The notes below the pieces were generated by a model. It saw nothing but the letters and a program-made list of their open reading frames with translations, ran no database searches and was not told the origin of the DNA. This document shows, piece by piece, positions 62,586-64,000 of a stretch of 64,000 bases of DNA. Position numbers and translations under genes: made by a program. The stretch covers positions 504-64,503 of the forward strand of contig JBFMFX010000015.1 in NCBI GenBank assembly GCA_040752005.1, written 5' to 3'. Position 1 is the first letter of the stretch; each line of letters starts with the position of its first letter. The DNA comes from Pseudomonadota bacterium (GTDB lineage Bacteria; Pseudomonadota; Gammaproteobacteria; Burkholderiales; SG8-39).

Positions 62586-63493
62586 GCGAGTTCACCTCCG
62601 CGTTCTGGGACGTTTACATCGCGCTCGCGACGGTCGTCTCGATCGTCGCCTGCGGCGTGTTCCTCAAGCACCAGAGCGTGCATCGCGTGCCCCTGGTGGA
62701 CGGCAAGCCGCAGACCTCGGGACATGTGTGGGACGAGGATCTGCGCGAGTACCACAATCCGCTGCCGCGCTGGTGGGCGTGGCTGTTCTATCTGACGCTC
62801 GCCTTCGGGCTGCTCTACGTCGTGCTCTATCCGGCGCTTGGCAGCTACCGCGGGCTTCTCGGCTGGACGCAGATCGGCCAGCTCGAGCAGGAAAACGAGC
62901 GCGCCAAGGCGCAGTACGGCCCGCTCTACGAAAAATTCGCCCGCCAGGACGTGCAGGCGCTCGCCAAGGACCCGCAGGCGCTGGCGATCGGCCAGAAGCT
63001 ATTCCTCAACCACTGCGCGCAGTGCCACGCCTCGGATGCGGCGGGCAGCCGCGGTTTTCCGAACCTCACCGACCGCGACTGGCTCTGGGGCGGCACGCCC
63101 GAGGCGATCCGCGCCTCCATCGCCGAAGGGCGCAACGGCGTCATGCCGCCCTTCGGGCCGGTCCTCGGCGAGGAGGGCGTCAAGGACGTCGCCCACTATG
63201 TGCTGTCGCTCTCGGGCTCGGCGCACGATTCGATCCGCGCCGCGCGCGGCAGGGAGAAGTTCGCGCAGACCTGCGTCGCCTGCCACGGTCCCGAGGGCAA
63301 GGGCAATCCGCAACTGGGCGCGCCCGACCTCACCGACCGCGTGTGGCTGCACGGCTCGGGCGAGGCCGCCATCGTCGAGACGATCGCCAAGGGGCGCGCG
63401 AGCCAGATGCCGGCGCACAAGGAGCTGCTCGGCGAGGCGAAGATCCACCTGCTCACCGCCTACGTGCTGTCGCTGTCGGCGGCGCCGAAGTGA
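62582..63493 (+). CDS. ccoP: cbb3 oxidase subunit III (diheme c)
   Basis: GHVWD, NPLPRWW, CAQCH, CVACH. Confidence 0.96.
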   Translation: MSEFTSAFWDVYIALATVVSIVACGVFLKHQSVHRVPLVDGKPQTSGHVWDEDLREYHNPLPRWWAWLFYLTLAFGLLYVVLYPALGSYRGLLGWTQIGQLEQENERAKAQYGPLYEKFARQDVQALAKDPQALAIGQKLFLNHCAQCHASDAAGSRGFPNLTDRDWLWGGTPEAIRASIAEGRNGVMPPFGPVLGEEGVKDVAHYVLSLSGSAHDSIRAARGREKFAQTCVACHGPEGKGNPQLGAPDLTDRVWLHGSGEAAIVETIAKGRASQMPAHKELLGEAKIHLLTAYVLSLSAAPK

Positions 63494-63532
63494 GCCGCGC
63501 CGCGCGACGGCCGCGAGACCGCCCGCCCGACG

Positions 63533-64000
63533 ATGAAGGCCGATGTGAATCCACCGCCGAACGGCTCGGCGGGCGGCGAAGCGGAAATCGCCCTCTACGA
63601 AGTCAAGCGCAAGATCTACCCGCGCGCGGTGAGCGGGTGGTTCGCCGGCTGGCGCTGGGCGCTGGTCTGGGCGACGCAGCTCGTCTACTACGGCGGGCCG
63701 TGGCTCACCTGGAACGACCGCCAGGCGGTACTGTTCGACATCGCCCAGCGCAAGTTCTATCTCTTCGGTCTGGTGTTCTGGCCGCAGGACATCGTGTATC
63801 TCGCGCTGCTGCTCATCATCTCGGCGCTCGCGCTCTTTCTCTTCACCGCGGTGGCCGGGCGGCTGTGGTGCGGCTACGCCTGCCCGCAGACGGTGTACAC
63901 CGAGATCTTCATGTGGATCGAGCGCAAGATCGAGGGCGACCGCAACGCCCGCATGCGCCTGGATCGCCAACCGTGGACGGCGCGCAAGGTCCTTCTCAAG
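63533..64000 (+). CDS. ccoG: cbb3 oxidase accessory protein CcoG (partial, runs off window)
   Basis: KIYPRAVSGWF, FWPQD, GRLWCGYACPQTVYTE. Confidence 0.93.
   Translation, partial: MKADVNPPPNGSAGGEAEIALYEVKRKIYPRAVSGWFAGWRWALVWATQLVYYGGPWLTWNDRQAVLFDIAQRKFYLFGLVFWPQDIVYLALLLIISALALFLFTAVAGRLWCGYACPQTVYTEIFMWIERKIEGDRNARMRLDRQPWTARKVLLK

Overview
High-GC betaproteobacterial chromosomal window (Burkholderiales/Rhodocyclales-like gene order; the taxon is inferred). 1-28 kb: flagellar cluster (flhB'-flhA-flhF-flhG-fliA, flgNMA, flgBCDEFGHIJKL) mixed with two-component and c-di-GMP genes. Two of the c-di-GMP genes carry internal deletions. 28-43.4 kb: housekeeping genes (tRNA-Leu-CAG, rnr, rlmB, rpsF-priB-rpsR-rplI, dnaB, phoH-like, bcp, haloacetate dehalogenase-like, alaC-hom-thrC). 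43.4-46.4 kb: a decayed accessory island that is a chromosomal integron relic. It has an intI 5' fragment with a LexA box cut by an IS256 remnant, an attI-like site, a cassette encoding an 83-aa 4xCxxC protein, a dead HigBA toxin-antitoxin cassette, and a third cassette start broken by IS66/IS3 debris. Both attC-like sites have GAC...GTC cores instead of the near-invariant AAC...GTT. 46.6-50.4 kb: bufferin-type MNIO RiPP cluster (DUF2282-DUF692-DUF2063-DoxX) facing sigF-nrsF across twin GTAACC-N16-CGAA promoters. 50.8-64 kb: Fe-S oxidoreductase, Pat acetyltransferase, and an FNR-box-preceded hsp20/ccoIS/adh/ccoNOQPG region. All calls come from reading the sequence and recalling family motifs; no database searches were run.
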